DNA of 64,000 bases from assembly GCA_963726455.1 (NCBI GenBank), contig CAVSCK010000004.1, positions 1,600,001 through 1,664,000 on the forward strand, given 5' to 3'. Below the pieces are notes generated by a model. That model ran no database searches. It was not told where the DNA came from and worked only from the letters and a program-made list of their open reading frames with translations. This document shows positions 20,594 to 30,422 of this stretch, piece by piece. The position numbers and the translations under genes are program-made. Numbering within the stretch: position 1 is the first letter of the stretch; every line of letters starts with the position of its first letter. The DNA is from an uncultured bacterium. Lineage in GTDB: Bacteria; Zixibacteria; MSB-5A5; CAIYYT01.

Positions 20594-23329
20594 ATGAATT
20601 GCTCTACTTTCAGGCCAATCTTGGCGTTGCTTTGTCTTGTCGTTTGGACGTCTGCGGCCATGGCTCAACTCGACCCGGGAAGGCCGGACACGGTGTATTT
20701 CAGCGGAGGTCCCCTCATCGTGGGGCAGTCGAGACCTTTGACCCTCACAATCGACAACGACTATGCCGTCAGGTGCTATTCAATTCCTGTGATTTTTTCG
20801 ACAATCGACGGCGGTTTTGCAAGATATGACTCCATCGTTTACATCAATCGTCTCGCGGATCCGAGCATTTACGATTATCGGCTGTTGAGTAACCACACGA
20901 ACGGTCTGTCGCCAGACACACTTCATTTCGGAGCCACCGGAGGTACCGGACTGCCACCGGGCAACACGCCGACTGCGCAAGTATTCTTTACAGGTTTGAC
21001 TGCAGGGACAATTCTGGTTGATAGCGGATTTGTACCACCGGCGGGACCACTGGTGTTTTGCGGCAATCCTTCAGAATCTTACAAACCAGTATGGATACCA
21101 GCTACGATTCAAGTGCAGACAGGCACCCAGCCACCGCTGCTCTCGCTCCCACCTGCCCCGCTGAAGTTGGTTCTCGGGCAAACAGCACAATTCAGCGTAA
21201 GCGGCAGTTCTCCGGAAGGATTCCCAGTAACTCTGTCGAGATTGAGTTTCACTGATTACGATAACGATGCTCGCTTTCCCGCCAATGGAGGGACTCTGGG
21301 TTCCGGCAATCCCGCACAATTCAGCTGGACGCCGACGTCCGGCGACATCGGAATCTGGCTAGTTACTTTCGAAGTCTGCGATTCCTCGGGTTCTTGCAGG
21401 ACCGGAGGTGTTGAAATCCAGGTTCTTCAGAATTCGAGCTTCTTGCTTCCATTCCAACAGGCCGAGATTCCGAATGTTTGCCATGCTACCGGACTTCTGC
21501 ATGGCAACTTCGACTCCGACCTTTATCCTGAGCTCTATCTGAGCGGCACAACCCAATCGTATACAAATGCCGATGAAGTCTATGACTATACTCCTGGCGG
21601 AACGTTGCAGTTGGTTCATAGTACATTACCGAACCCGGCCTGCCCCAGGTACGGCCCACAAGCCGGATACTTCAACGGCGATCCCTACCTGGATCTCCTG
21701 GCGATGCGTCTCTATGGAACACAGTCGAGACTGGTCCTCCAATACGGCGATGGCAACAATGAGTTTACGGAAGATATACATAACGTCGGAACGACAGTTC
21801 GTACTTCGACGCTTGGAGAATTCACAGGCGACAATTATCTGGATGTAGCGTATGCGTTCTTCACGGGCGTGACGGTATTTGCCAGTGACGGGGCGGGCAA
21901 CTACACGCAATCGCTGTCCATTCCATCGGATGATTCGGCCTTGACTGTAAATAGCGCTGATTTCAACGACGACGGGCACGATGACCTGGCGATAGGCAGC
22001 ACGCACTTCATACGTATTTACCTCGGCGATGGAGCCGGGGGCTTCACGCTTGCGCAGTCCTACGACCAGACTTACGGCTCAGTTGACATTGAGGTCACTA
22101 ACCAGGGCAGCGATTTCAACAATGACAACATTTTTGACTTGTGCATATCGACGCCATCTTATGGAGGTACATCCAGCAAGATGATGGTGTATCTGGGAAA
22201 TGGTGACGGTTCGTTTGCTCAGCAGACTGTGCGCACGGTCAAAGGGCAGATATTTGGGAACACTGTTGGCGATTTCAACGGTGATGGGAATCTGGACATT
22301 GCCTACGTAAACGGCGCCAAGCGCTATGCGGCGATCCTTTTCGGTGACGGCAACGGTTCATTCACCAATGAAGTGCGTTACGCGATTCCAATGGATAATC
22401 CGTACCTGATTGACGCGCTTGATATTGATTTGGATGGCGACGTTGATCTGTCTGTAGTGGCAACCGTAACACCTCAGATCAATTCTATCTTCCTCCTCAC
22501 CAATCAGCTTAATCCCGGCGGATTCCTTCGCAAAGCACTCGACATTTCGGCTCACGACGTCGCGAAGCTGGAATTGGTCTCGTCAACCGGCAAGATCCTT
22601 AACGAAGTTAGAAATACGATGCCGGCGACCGCGCTCTACAAGCGAAACCTGGACGGGAATAATATGATTGACAAGTACGCCGTCATGGGCTCAGTGGAGG
22701 CAGGAGAATATACTCTGTCTGCCAAGCCAATTCCCGGGTCACGCGCTGATCAGCCGTTTGCGCTGGAATTTCGAGCAAGCGACAAGCTGTATCGGCTGGC
22801 TAAGGATGTCGTCATGCCGGCATCCGGTGTGAATTTTGGTGTCTGTTTGGATGGTAACACGAATGTTCAGCCGCAGTCTGGCGTCTTTATGTTCGGGAAC
22901 CAGCCGACATTCAGCTGGTATGGTACGGGACAGTTTGACTTCCAATTAGCGACTGATCCGGGCTTCGTCAGCCCGGCGATCAGCAAGACCGTCAGCGGCA
23001 ACATGTACAGGCCAGACACGGCACTCGCGGTGACTGATACTGTCAGCTATTTCTGGCGCATTAAGCCGCACAGTGAATCTCAGTATGGCTTGGTTTACAC
23101 GATTAATCTCATGAGCGGGGGATCGCAGATTTGTGGCGACGTTGATGCATCCGGCACCGTCGACATCAGTGACGCCGTAGCGCAGTTGATGTATATTTTC
23201 AACGGCGGCAGTCTGGCAAACCCGGATTTTGGCGATGTCAATTGCGACCAGACGATCGATATCTCTGATGTAGTAGGATTGATCTTATACATTTTCAGCG
23301 GGGGAGCGGCGCCTTGTAGCGGGTGTTGA
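20594..23329 (+). CDS. Secreted FG-GAP/VCBS-repeat protein with cohesin-like N-terminus and C-terminal type-I dockerin
   Basis: Signal peptide; repeated ADFNDDGHDDLA/GDFNGDGNLDIA/YLGNGDGSF; C-terminal CGDVDASGTVDISD...GDVNCDQTIDISD. Confidence 0.85.
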   Translation: MNCSTFRPILALLCLVVWTSAAMAQLDPGRPDTVYFSGGPLIVGQSRPLTLTIDNDYAVRCYSIPVIFSTIDGGFARYDSIVYINRLADPSIYDYRLLSNHTNGLSPDTLHFGATGGTGLPPGNTPTAQVFFTGLTAGTILVDSGFVPPAGPLVFCGNPSESYKPVWIPATIQVQTGTQPPLLSLPPAPLKLVLGQTAQFSVSGSSPEGFPVTLSRLSFTDYDNDARFPANGGTLGSGNPAQFSWTPTSGDIGIWLVTFEVCDSSGSCRTGGVEIQVLQNSSFLLPFQQAEIPNVCHATGLLHGNFDSDLYPELYLSGTTQSYTNADEVYDYTPGGTLQLVHSTLPNPACPRYGPQAGYFNGDPYLDLLAMRLYGTQSRLVLQYGDGNNEFTEDIHNVGTTVRTSTLGEFTGDNYLDVAYAFFTGVTVFASDGAGNYTQSLSIPSDDSALTVNSADFNDDGHDDLAIGSTHFIRIYLGDGAGGFTLAQSYDQTYGSVDIEVTNQGSDFNNDNIFDLCISTPSYGGTSSKMMVYLGNGDGSFAQQTVRTVKGQIFGNTVGDFNGDGNLDIAYVNGAKRYAAILFGDGNGSFTNEVRYAIPMDNPYLIDALDIDLDGDVDLSVVATVTPQINSIFLLTNQLNPGGFLRKALDISAHDVAKLELVSSTGKILNEVRNTMPATALYKRNLDGNNMIDKYAVMGSVEAGEYTLSAKPIPGSRADQPFALEFRASDKLYRLAKDVVMPASGVNFGVCLDGNTNVQPQSGVFMFGNQPTFSWYGTGQFDFQLATDPGFVSPAISKTVSGNMYRPDTALAVTDTVSYFWRIKPHSESQYGLVYTINLMSGGSQICGDVDASGTVDISDAVAQLMYIFNGGSLANPDFGDVNCDQTIDISDVVGLILYIFSGGAAPCSGC

Positions 23330-23362
23330 GCGCGGCAACCCTCTTCATATCATCGAATATAT

Positions 23363-23397
23363 CCGGCAGGCGTCAGTGCCTGCCGGTTCCTTTTTTT
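23363..23397 (+). terminator. Intrinsic terminator
   Basis: CCGGCAGGC-gtcagt-GCCTGCCGG then a T-tract. Confidence 0.75.
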
Positions 23398-23505
23398 GGG
23401 GCCGGATTATTCGCGTTATGTTTTCGCCCCGACCCTCCGAATCACAGTCCCGGCAAAGACTTCTATGGAATGCTCGCTTTCAATCATGCCAATCGCGATT
23501 TTCCC

Positions 23506-24315
23506 TTACCACCCGCCGCTGGCACCACCACCTCCGGAGGCGCCACCTCCTCCACCACCAAAACCGCCGCCTCCGTATCCACCGCCTGCACTCCAGCCGC
23601 CACCCGCTGAATAGCCACCACCGAGGCCGGTCGCACCGGCGGAACGCTTGGCAGGTGGCGGCAAATCGACAGGCGGACTTTCGGGAAAAGTGCGAAAGCT
23701 CCAAGTATACCGATCGAGAGGTTTTCTTCCGAATACGAGAGTCACGCCCACGAGCAAGACTACAAGGCCGAGCACGGCATACCAGAAGGAAATCCCTTCA
23801 TCCATATTGGCCTGCAGCGGAAGAGACGGCTGATAATTGCCGGAGATTCCCTTGACGATACCACTTACAACACTATCGATACCGATATAGTATTGACCCT
23901 TGCGGAACTCTCGAGCCATCGGCGAGTATTTCGATACAATTCGACCCGCCTCCAGATCGGTCAACTCGCCCTCCAAACCGTACCCCAATTCAAGCCGAGC
24001 TTTGCGATCCTCAAAAGCCATCAGAAACAGGACGCCGTTATTCTTGCCCTTCTGACCCAGCCCCCACCGGTTGAATACATCGTGGGCGTAATCTTCCAAT
24101 GACTCGCCCTCCAGACTCTTGATTGTAAGGACGGCGATTTCATTCGTACTCTGCTGACGATAGGCCAGAATCTTCTGTTCCAAATCCCGGCGCTGCTGGC
24201 CGTCCAAGACTTGAGCGAGATCAACAATTGGCGACTCGTAACGGGGAACCTGCAGCGCCTTCGACGTGGAAGGAACAACAGCCAGAAGGATAATTATGAG
24301 GATGAAGCGTTTCAT
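23506..24315 (-). CDS. TPM domain protein (YgcG-like), paralog of 25030-25758
   Basis: IVDLAQVL, SLEGESLEDYA, WGLGQKGKNNGVL, RLELGYGLEG, Gly-rich tail ending GGGASGGW. Confidence 0.9.
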   Translation of the reverse strand: MKRFILIIILLAVVPSTSKALQVPRYESPIVDLAQVLDGQQRRDLEQKILAYRQQSTNEIAVLTIKSLEGESLEDYAHDVFNRWGLGQKGKNNGVLFLMAFEDRKARLELGYGLEGELTDLEAGRIVSKYSPMAREFRKGQYYIGIDSVVSGIVKGISGNYQPSLPLQANMDEGISFWYAVLGLVVLLVGVTLVFGRKPLDRYTWSFRTFPESPPVDLPPPAKRSAGATGLGGGYSAGGGWSAGGGYGGGGFGGGGGGASGGGGASGGW

Positions 24316-24384
24316 GTGTGACGTATCTGAACTCTGCGAGTGCCTGCCCTGCCTACATGTGGAACAACGCTGAAGTGACGATAC

Positions 24385-25017
24385 CTACGAGACGATCTCC
24401 GGTCGGTCGGGAAGCTCGTTGATGTCGTCAGATTCGCGCGGGAAGAACTGCGACATTTGATTTGCGATTTCGCCGACGGCCTGGATGATACCTTCGGCGT
24501 GTTTACCCTGAGTCATGGCTTTCTCGATCAGGGAATGCGGATGCTGCCAGTAAGCCGGATCAAGTTTCTCGGCAATCGCCTTGTCGGCAATGACGGCGGC
24601 TTCGCCCTCCTCCATCGACATGAAGATCAATACGCCGGTGTGCCCACGCGTGGGGGTTAACTTGCCGAAATGGTGCAGGGCGTTTTTCCAGACGGCTTTG
24701 TGACGCGCAGAGAGACGGCGCAGCCAGGCATAAATGCCGAAGTAGCCGAGGAGAAATCCGACGATGCCGTAGAATGCCGCTTGAGTGTATTGATAATACG
24801 TTCCCCAGTTGTTCTTCACAGTCAGGAGCAAGGTGACAACTGCAAACAGGATTCCGAGTCCTGCGGCGAACAGCAGACGATCGACCAGCCAGTGTTTGGA
24901 ATGCGGCGCCAGCACAATGGCTATTTCCCCCGAAGTTTTCAGTTCCGCGGCCTTGACGGCCTCGGTTATGCGATCGAGGTCATTGTCCGAAAAATACTTG
25001 TCAACTAGCGTAGCCAT
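24385..25017 (-). CDS. TPM domain membrane protein
   Basis: AVKAAELKTSGEI, TRGHTGVLIF, ADKAI, DDINELPDR. Confidence 0.85.
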   Translation of the reverse strand: MATLVDKYFSDNDLDRITEAVKAAELKTSGEIAIVLAPHSKHWLVDRLLFAAGLGILFAVVTLLLTVKNNWGTYYQYTQAAFYGIVGFLLGYFGIYAWLRRLSARHKAVWKNALHHFGKLTPTRGHTGVLIFMSMEEGEAAVIADKAIAEKLDPAYWQHPHSLIEKAMTQGKHAEGIIQAVGEIANQMSQFFPRESDDINELPDRPEIVS

Positions 25018-25029
25018 ACTCTCTGCTCC

Positions 25030-25758
25030 TTACCAACCGCCGGAGGCGCCGCCCCCACCGGATGAGCCACCACCAAAACTGAAGCCACCTCCGCCTCCAC
25101 CACCACCGGAGAATCCGCCGCCGGTCCAGCCACCGCCCATCGGACCCCACCAGCGGCCACCACCACCACGAATCCTACCAAAAATGAGACGCATGATCAT
25201 CGCCACTATCCCAATGATGATAAAGCCGAAGAATGCCGCCGGGTTCTGACCGTTGCGCGAACGCTGTGCCGGGGGATTGTATTCGCCGCCGATTGCCTGA
25301 ATGATACCGTCGACAACGGCGTTGACGCCGGTGTTGTAGTCGTCGGCTCGGAAAGCCGCAGCCATGGGCGAATTGCGGGCGACAATGCGGCCAGACTCCA
25401 GATCGGTCAATTCGCCTTCGAGTCCATAGCCGACCTCCAGACGCGCCTTGCGATCGTCGACGGACATCAGAAAGAGAACTCCATTGTCCTTGCCCTTCTT
25501 TCCGATCCCCCACTTGGCAAAGACATCATGAGAGTAGTCGTCGAGAGAGGCGCCGTCCAGACTCTTGATGATCAGAACGCCGATCTCATTGGTAGATTGT
25601 GCCCGGTAGTTGACGATTTTCTGTTCCAATTCCTGACGTTGCTGGGCGCTCAGTACGTTCGCCAAATCAGTGACCGGCGAATTATAAGGCGGCACGTCCA
25701 AGGCATAGCAGGATGCCGCCAGTAACAGAACAATCAGGAATGAAGCGACTCTTTTCAC
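25030..25758 (-). CDS. TPM domain protein (YgcG-like)
   Basis: VTDLANVLS, WGIGKKGKDNGVL, RLEVGYGLEG, GGGSSGGGGASGGW. Confidence 0.9.
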   Translation of the reverse strand: MKRVASFLIVLLLAASCYALDVPPYNSPVTDLANVLSAQQRQELEQKIVNYRAQSTNEIGVLIIKSLDGASLDDYSHDVFAKWGIGKKGKDNGVLFLMSVDDRKARLEVGYGLEGELTDLESGRIVARNSPMAAAFRADDYNTGVNAVVDGIIQAIGGEYNPPAQRSRNGQNPAAFFGFIIIGIVAMIMRLIFGRIRGGGGRWWGPMGGGWTGGGFSGGGGGGGGFSFGGGSSGGGGASGGW

Positions 25759-25776
25759 GGTGCGTTATACCCGGTG

Positions 25777-26394
25777 CTACTTCTTCTCGAAAATTTGTTT
25801 GACGCTGGGCGCCTGCTGTGCTTCAGCCGCGGCGGCGAAGAATTCCTTTTGATACGGAAAACCGAAAAGCGATCCCGCCAACAACGCCTTGACTGATTTC
25901 TGCCGGTAAGTATTGTAGGTCCGCACCGACTCGTTAAAGGTGCGACGTTCCTGGGCAATGCGATTTTCGGTGCCCTCCAACTGAGTCAGCAGGTCAGAAT
26001 ACATCTGTTCGCCCTTGATATCGGGATAACGCTCGACTACGACGTTGATGAACGAATTCAGTTGCTTGGACAGCATACCGGACAGCGAATCCAGCAGCGC
26101 CGGATTTTGTTGCGACAACGCGGATTGCGCCGAGGATTTCAGCTCAAGAACGCGCTGGCGCATGGCGATGACATCGGTCAGGGTTTTCTGCTGACGCTCC
26201 ATAAAGTTGTCAACCGCGGCTACCAGATTCGGAACAAGGTCGAACCGGCGCTGGTAGACGTTTTGCACCTGCGACCATTTTTCATCAACGGCCTGCGAGC
26301 GGTCGATCAAGCCGCCACGACCGGACCAGATCACACCGGCGACGATCAGGACCAGCAGGATGATCACGCCTAATACTATGCCAAGAACCTTCAT
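25777..26394 (-). CDS. lemA: LemA family protein
   Basis: WSQVQNVYQRRFDLVPNLV, VERYPDIK, QLEGTENRIAQERR.FN; SD AAAGGAG. Confidence 0.93.
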   Translation of the reverse strand: MKVLGIVLGVIILLVLIVAGVIWSGRGGLIDRSQAVDEKWSQVQNVYQRRFDLVPNLVAAVDNFMERQQKTLTDVIAMRQRVLELKSSAQSALSQQNPALLDSLSGMLSKQLNSFINVVVERYPDIKGEQMYSDLLTQLEGTENRIAQERRTFNESVRTYNTYRQKSVKALLAGSLFGFPYQKEFFAAAAEAQQAPSVKQIFEKK

Positions 26395-26603
26395 GATTTT
26401 CTCCTTTGACCGGCGGCTAATTCGACCGCCGGAAATAAGCAATGTAATTCAATGTCATTAACAAGACCTTTTTCTCTCCGGACCTGCGACCGACAGCAAG
26501 TCCTACTTCGCACAGAGTACGGAAACGCCACGGGATTTGTTTCAACAACTGGAACCGATTTCGGCTAGATGATTAAGGGGTCAAGGAGTTGCGAGGTGAC
26601 ATT

Positions 26604-27479
26604 TCAGAGGCTCGGCTGAGGATTTCGCTTCTGATAAGTCACTGCCAATACACCGATCATAATCAGGATGCCACCCACAACAAAGTACTTATCGAAGGAT
26701 TCCGACAATATCAGGAAGCCCAGGAGGGTTGCTACGAGTGGTTCAAGAAGGGTCATCATCGAGGCAGCCACGGCGGAGAGGCGCTTGAGAAGATAGAACC
26801 ACATGCTGAAGGCGACGCCGTTGATGAGAATTGCCAGGAAGAGAACGGAACCGACGCCCCTGGCATCAAGGACGAGGTGCACCGGTGTTTCCAGAATTGC
26901 GAGCGCGGGCAGCAACACAAGCATTCCGACCGGAAGTTGCAGTATCGCAAGCGCCAGGGAATTAATCTGACCGAGATCGCGTTTCGTCTTGACGGTTGCC
27001 CAGGCGCAGAACACGGAACTGAGCACCATTGCCAGCATTCCGGAAATTGTTCCCGTCACACTGAAATTGCCGGCGAAGAGAACGATTGTACCGACGAAGC
27101 CGACCAGGAGACCACCAACGATGCGCAGGGTCAATCGCTCGTCCGGCACCATAAAGTGAGCGATGATTCCCGTGAATAGTGGCATGGTAGCGTACAGGAT
27201 GGCCGACATAGAGGCGCCGATTCGTTCCTGTCCCCAGTATAACAGCGCGAAACTGACTCCGTAGAGGAGAAAACCGGCGATGAAGAAATCGCGTCTGATG
27301 TGAGGGATATTCGGAAAACGGAAGCGCCACAGCCGGAAGACAAGGAAGAACACGGCAAATGCGATAGCTGCACGCAGAGTAGCGGCAGTAAACGGTGGCA
27401 TGGCCTGCAGACCGATCTTCATGACGACCCAGCTTGCGCCGAACAGGAGCACGCCGAGGATATAGACTACCCAGATCAT
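26604..27479 (-). CDS. EamA/DMT family transporter
   Basis: About 10 hydrophobic segments in two repeats; MPPFTAATLR, LEPLVA..LG..IL.E. Confidence 0.88.
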   Translation of the reverse strand: MIWVVYILGVLLFGASWVVMKIGLQAMPPFTAATLRAAIAFAVFFLVFRLWRFRFPNIPHIRRDFFIAGFLLYGVSFALLYWGQERIGASMSAILYATMPLFTGIIAHFMVPDERLTLRIVGGLLVGFVGTIVLFAGNFSVTGTISGMLAMVLSSVFCAWATVKTKRDLGQINSLALAILQLPVGMLVLLPALAILETPVHLVLDARGVGSVLFLAILINGVAFSMWFYLLKRLSAVAASMMTLLEPLVATLLGFLILSESFDKYFVVGGILIMIGVLAVTYQKRNPQPSL

Positions 27480-27548
27480 AAAAGTCAGCTCACTTCAACT
27501 CATTTTTGAATTCGGAGAACGCCTGCGGATTAAGCTGAGGTCGGATGG

Positions 27549-30089
27549 TCAGAACCTTCCGGAGGCCACGGCGCGGGCGGTAGGATCATTCGGATTGGTC
27601 AGCAGGAATTCACGCGAAATGCGCATGGCATCCTCACGGCGGCCGTTTATGACATAAACGTTAATGAGAGTGCGGTAGGTAACCTGAATTACCGGATTAA
27701 TCCGGTACGCCATCTCCGCCGCTTTCACGGCTTCATCTGCCCGACCAAGCGTCTGCATGGCGAGCGCCTTGTATTGATAGTAGTAGTAGTTGTCAGGGTT
27801 GCCGGCGATAATCTTATTCAGATAAGCCAGGTAATCCTCAAAGAGAGAGTTCCTTTGTTCGGGAGACATCTTTTCGTAGCGCGCTTTGCGATCGTATGCC
27901 TGCCAGAACTCAGGAGTGCTCTTGATCATCCGGTCAACGACTTGCAGCGCCCTCGTGGTATCGCCCTGTCTTTCGAGATAGTCGACGAAATCCATTATCA
28001 TCTGGTCGGAGCCGATGAGCAGCGTTGTTGAAACTTCATCGCGGTAGGAATCGGGATTGTTCAGATTGCGTTCCTGGAAGACATCGGAAAGAAGATGCAT
28101 GGTTGTGTCGGTCTGCCAGACGCCTCTGGCCATCTGCGGAACCAACATCTCCACCCAACCGCGGCGAACCATGTGATCTGCCAACGGGTATCTCACTTCA
28201 GGCGGGTAACCGTTGGCGAAGACAATAGGGTATTTCCAACGATTGGCAGCAACAATATTCTCAACCATCAAGTCGGCGACCGTGACGATCTGGCCGGTGG
28301 AATCATCCTGGAATGCCATCAGGTAATGTTCCCAGCCGCCGCGCGCAGGATCGACGTACATTCTTGCTGGACGATGGATGGTCGAGCCGTCACCACGCGG
28401 CGAAGGAGCCTCTACCCAGCGCATCTGGTCGTCCTCGAACGAAATCGGGACGCCCATCTCATGTTTCAACTGCAATTGGTACCAGTCAGTCTGAATCAGG
28501 GACAAATTGGCAATGCGCACGTCGCGGCGGATGCCGTACACCTGCTGCAGGCACCAGAGCGGGAAGGTGTCGTTATCGCCGTTGGTGAACATGATGGCGT
28601 CGGGAGGGCACGACATCAGGAAATTGTAGGCGTAGTCGTATGGAAGATACTCGTCGTGGCGGTCGTTAACCCGGTAATTTGCTTTCAACGCCGACAACGG
28701 CATTAGCAAGGTCAGAACTACGATTACAGCGGTAACGGGCTTGGCGTATTTGGGCAAGCGATCCAACAGAAAGTTGACCACCATAAACAAGCCGATACCG
28801 ATGTACAGGGCAAAGAGAATGTACCCTGAGGTGAAAAAGTAATCACGATCCCGGACTTCGAGCTTGTCATTGCCGGTCAGCGGGTCCATCACCGATCCAT
28901 CGGCGAAGTTCATGTATATGGCAAGGCCGAGTGTACAGGTCAATAGCAATAGGAAGAAATATGTCCCCAGTTTCCATTTCCATTTGATCAGGCCGATAAT
29001 TCCTATCATCGTAAGCAGCGCCGGAATCAAGAAGGCAATACCGGTCATTCCGTACTGGCGCACCAAATAGCCGCCGAAGCCGATGCGGGGAAAGTCGCCA
29101 AGTTGATGCGCCCAACTCGCGCGCCGATGCAGCATCTTGGTGAACATGGACTCGTCACCATACTGTTTGCGGTGGATGTAACTGGTGAAGCTATCCCAGG
29201 TATGGGGATCATTTTGGTTGATAGCCGGTTTTTGCGCGGCACGAATCGGAATCTCGGCGTGAACCGAGAAACCAACCAGCGCGCCGGCGGCGAAACAAAG
29301 CGCCAGCAGCCACTGGCGTGATTTTGAATTCAGATAAGCAACCACCGATATTGCCAGCCACACCACCATGCCCAGAAGGAACCAGGTGATATTCACCGAC
29401 TGCAGGAAGATGAGAATGCCGGATATCCAGAAGCGGGCGTCGCGGCGCAGTGATTCATCGGCCAACAGGAAAAAGATAAAGGTGGCGGGCATGACGAGCA
29501 TGACCATTACCTGAATGCCGACCGAGAGCAACAACAGGTAGACGATCAGGACGAGATATTTGAAAGCCATTGGCGTCTGGCGGCAATCGTACCATCTGAA
29601 CGCCAGCCAGGTCAGCAGGAGCATGTAGGCCATGGCCGGAGTGTACGCTTCTGCCTCCACAGTGCTGAACCAGAGAGTGCGACTGTAGGCCAGGAGCAGT
29701 GCACCAATCATCGAGCAGAAGTAGACCATGAACTGGCGGTCTTTGTTTTCAGCCACGCCGGGAATCAGACGAATCAAGCGCACCGAAATCAGGAAGCCGA
29801 AGATGGCCGCGATCATACTGCCAATAACGGAAACGACATTAAGGCGGGCGCAGATGTCTGAGAAAGTGGGCAGAACCATGGCGATGCGTCCGAGTAGCAG
29901 AAACAGCGGCGTGCCGGGCGGATGAGAGATGCCCAGCGTGTACGAACAGGTCAGGAATTCGCCGCAATCCCAAAGCGACAGCCCCGGCTGCATCGTCATG
30001 AGGTACGGGATGAACGAGGCAACCGCGACGATGACGGCGAAGATTTTGAACGTCAAGTCTTTAGTCAACCGTTGAAGAATCTGCTCCAA
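27549..30089 (-). CDS. DUF2723 (TMEM260-like, GT-C fold) membrane glycosyltransferase with C-terminal TPRs
   Basis: SLWDCGEF, HPPGTPLF, EAEAY, VRDRDYFF, FTNGDNDTFPLW.LQ.V.G.R.DV. Confidence 0.88.
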   Translation of the reverse strand: MEQILQRLTKDLTFKIFAVIVAVASFIPYLMTMQPGLSLWDCGEFLTCSYTLGISHPPGTPLFLLLGRIAMVLPTFSDICARLNVVSVIGSMIAAIFGFLISVRLIRLIPGVAENKDRQFMVYFCSMIGALLLAYSRTLWFSTVEAEAYTPAMAYMLLLTWLAFRWYDCRQTPMAFKYLVLIVYLLLLSVGIQVMVMLVMPATFIFFLLADESLRRDARFWISGILIFLQSVNITWFLLGMVVWLAISVVAYLNSKSRQWLLALCFAAGALVGFSVHAEIPIRAAQKPAINQNDPHTWDSFTSYIHRKQYGDESMFTKMLHRRASWAHQLGDFPRIGFGGYLVRQYGMTGIAFLIPALLTMIGIIGLIKWKWKLGTYFFLLLLTCTLGLAIYMNFADGSVMDPLTGNDKLEVRDRDYFFTSGYILFALYIGIGLFMVVNFLLDRLPKYAKPVTAVIVVLTLLMPLSALKANYRVNDRHDEYLPYDYAYNFLMSCPPDAIMFTNGDNDTFPLWCLQQVYGIRRDVRIANLSLIQTDWYQLQLKHEMGVPISFEDDQMRWVEAPSPRGDGSTIHRPARMYVDPARGGWEHYLMAFQDDSTGQIVTVADLMVENIVAANRWKYPIVFANGYPPEVRYPLADHMVRRGWVEMLVPQMARGVWQTDTTMHLLSDVFQERNLNNPDSYRDEVSTTLLIGSDQMIMDFVDYLERQGDTTRALQVVDRMIKSTPEFWQAYDRKARYEKMSPEQRNSLFEDYLAYLNKIIAGNPDNYYYYQYKALAMQTLGRADEAVKAAEMAYRINPVIQVTYRTLINVYVINGRREDAMRISREFLLTNPNDPTARAVASGRF

Positions 30090-30176
30090 TTTTCGCCTCA
30101 GTTATTATCCCAAATGGTCGATGAATATAACAAAATAACGCTTTGGAACAAGCCATTTATAATAGAGAGGATTCCC

Positions 30177-30422
30177 ATGCTTAGCTGGTGTGCCCTGTTA
30201 TTTGCCCTGGGTGTAGTCGCCTTTCTGGATTCCATCTTCAATTACGGCGAGATATACCGCCAGGTAAACTCAGTGCTCTTCATGCTCGTTTCGCTCGGGT
30301 TATTGGTGCGCACAGCCACCAAGATTCGGCAACGCATCACGGAAGGTTACCTTGCGCGCATAGAGAAGCTGGAAAAGGAACTGGCGGAAGTTAAGCGGAG
30401 TCGCGTCGAGACCAAGGTCTAA
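30177..30422 (+). CDS. Small two-TM hypothetical protein with coiled-coil tail
   Basis: SD GAGGA before ATG 30177; MLSWCALLFALGVVAFLDS...RIEKLEKELAEVK. Confidence 0.6.
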   Translation: MLSWCALLFALGVVAFLDSIFNYGEIYRQVNSVLFMLVSLGLLVRTATKIRQRITEGYLARIEKLEKELAEVKRSRVETKV

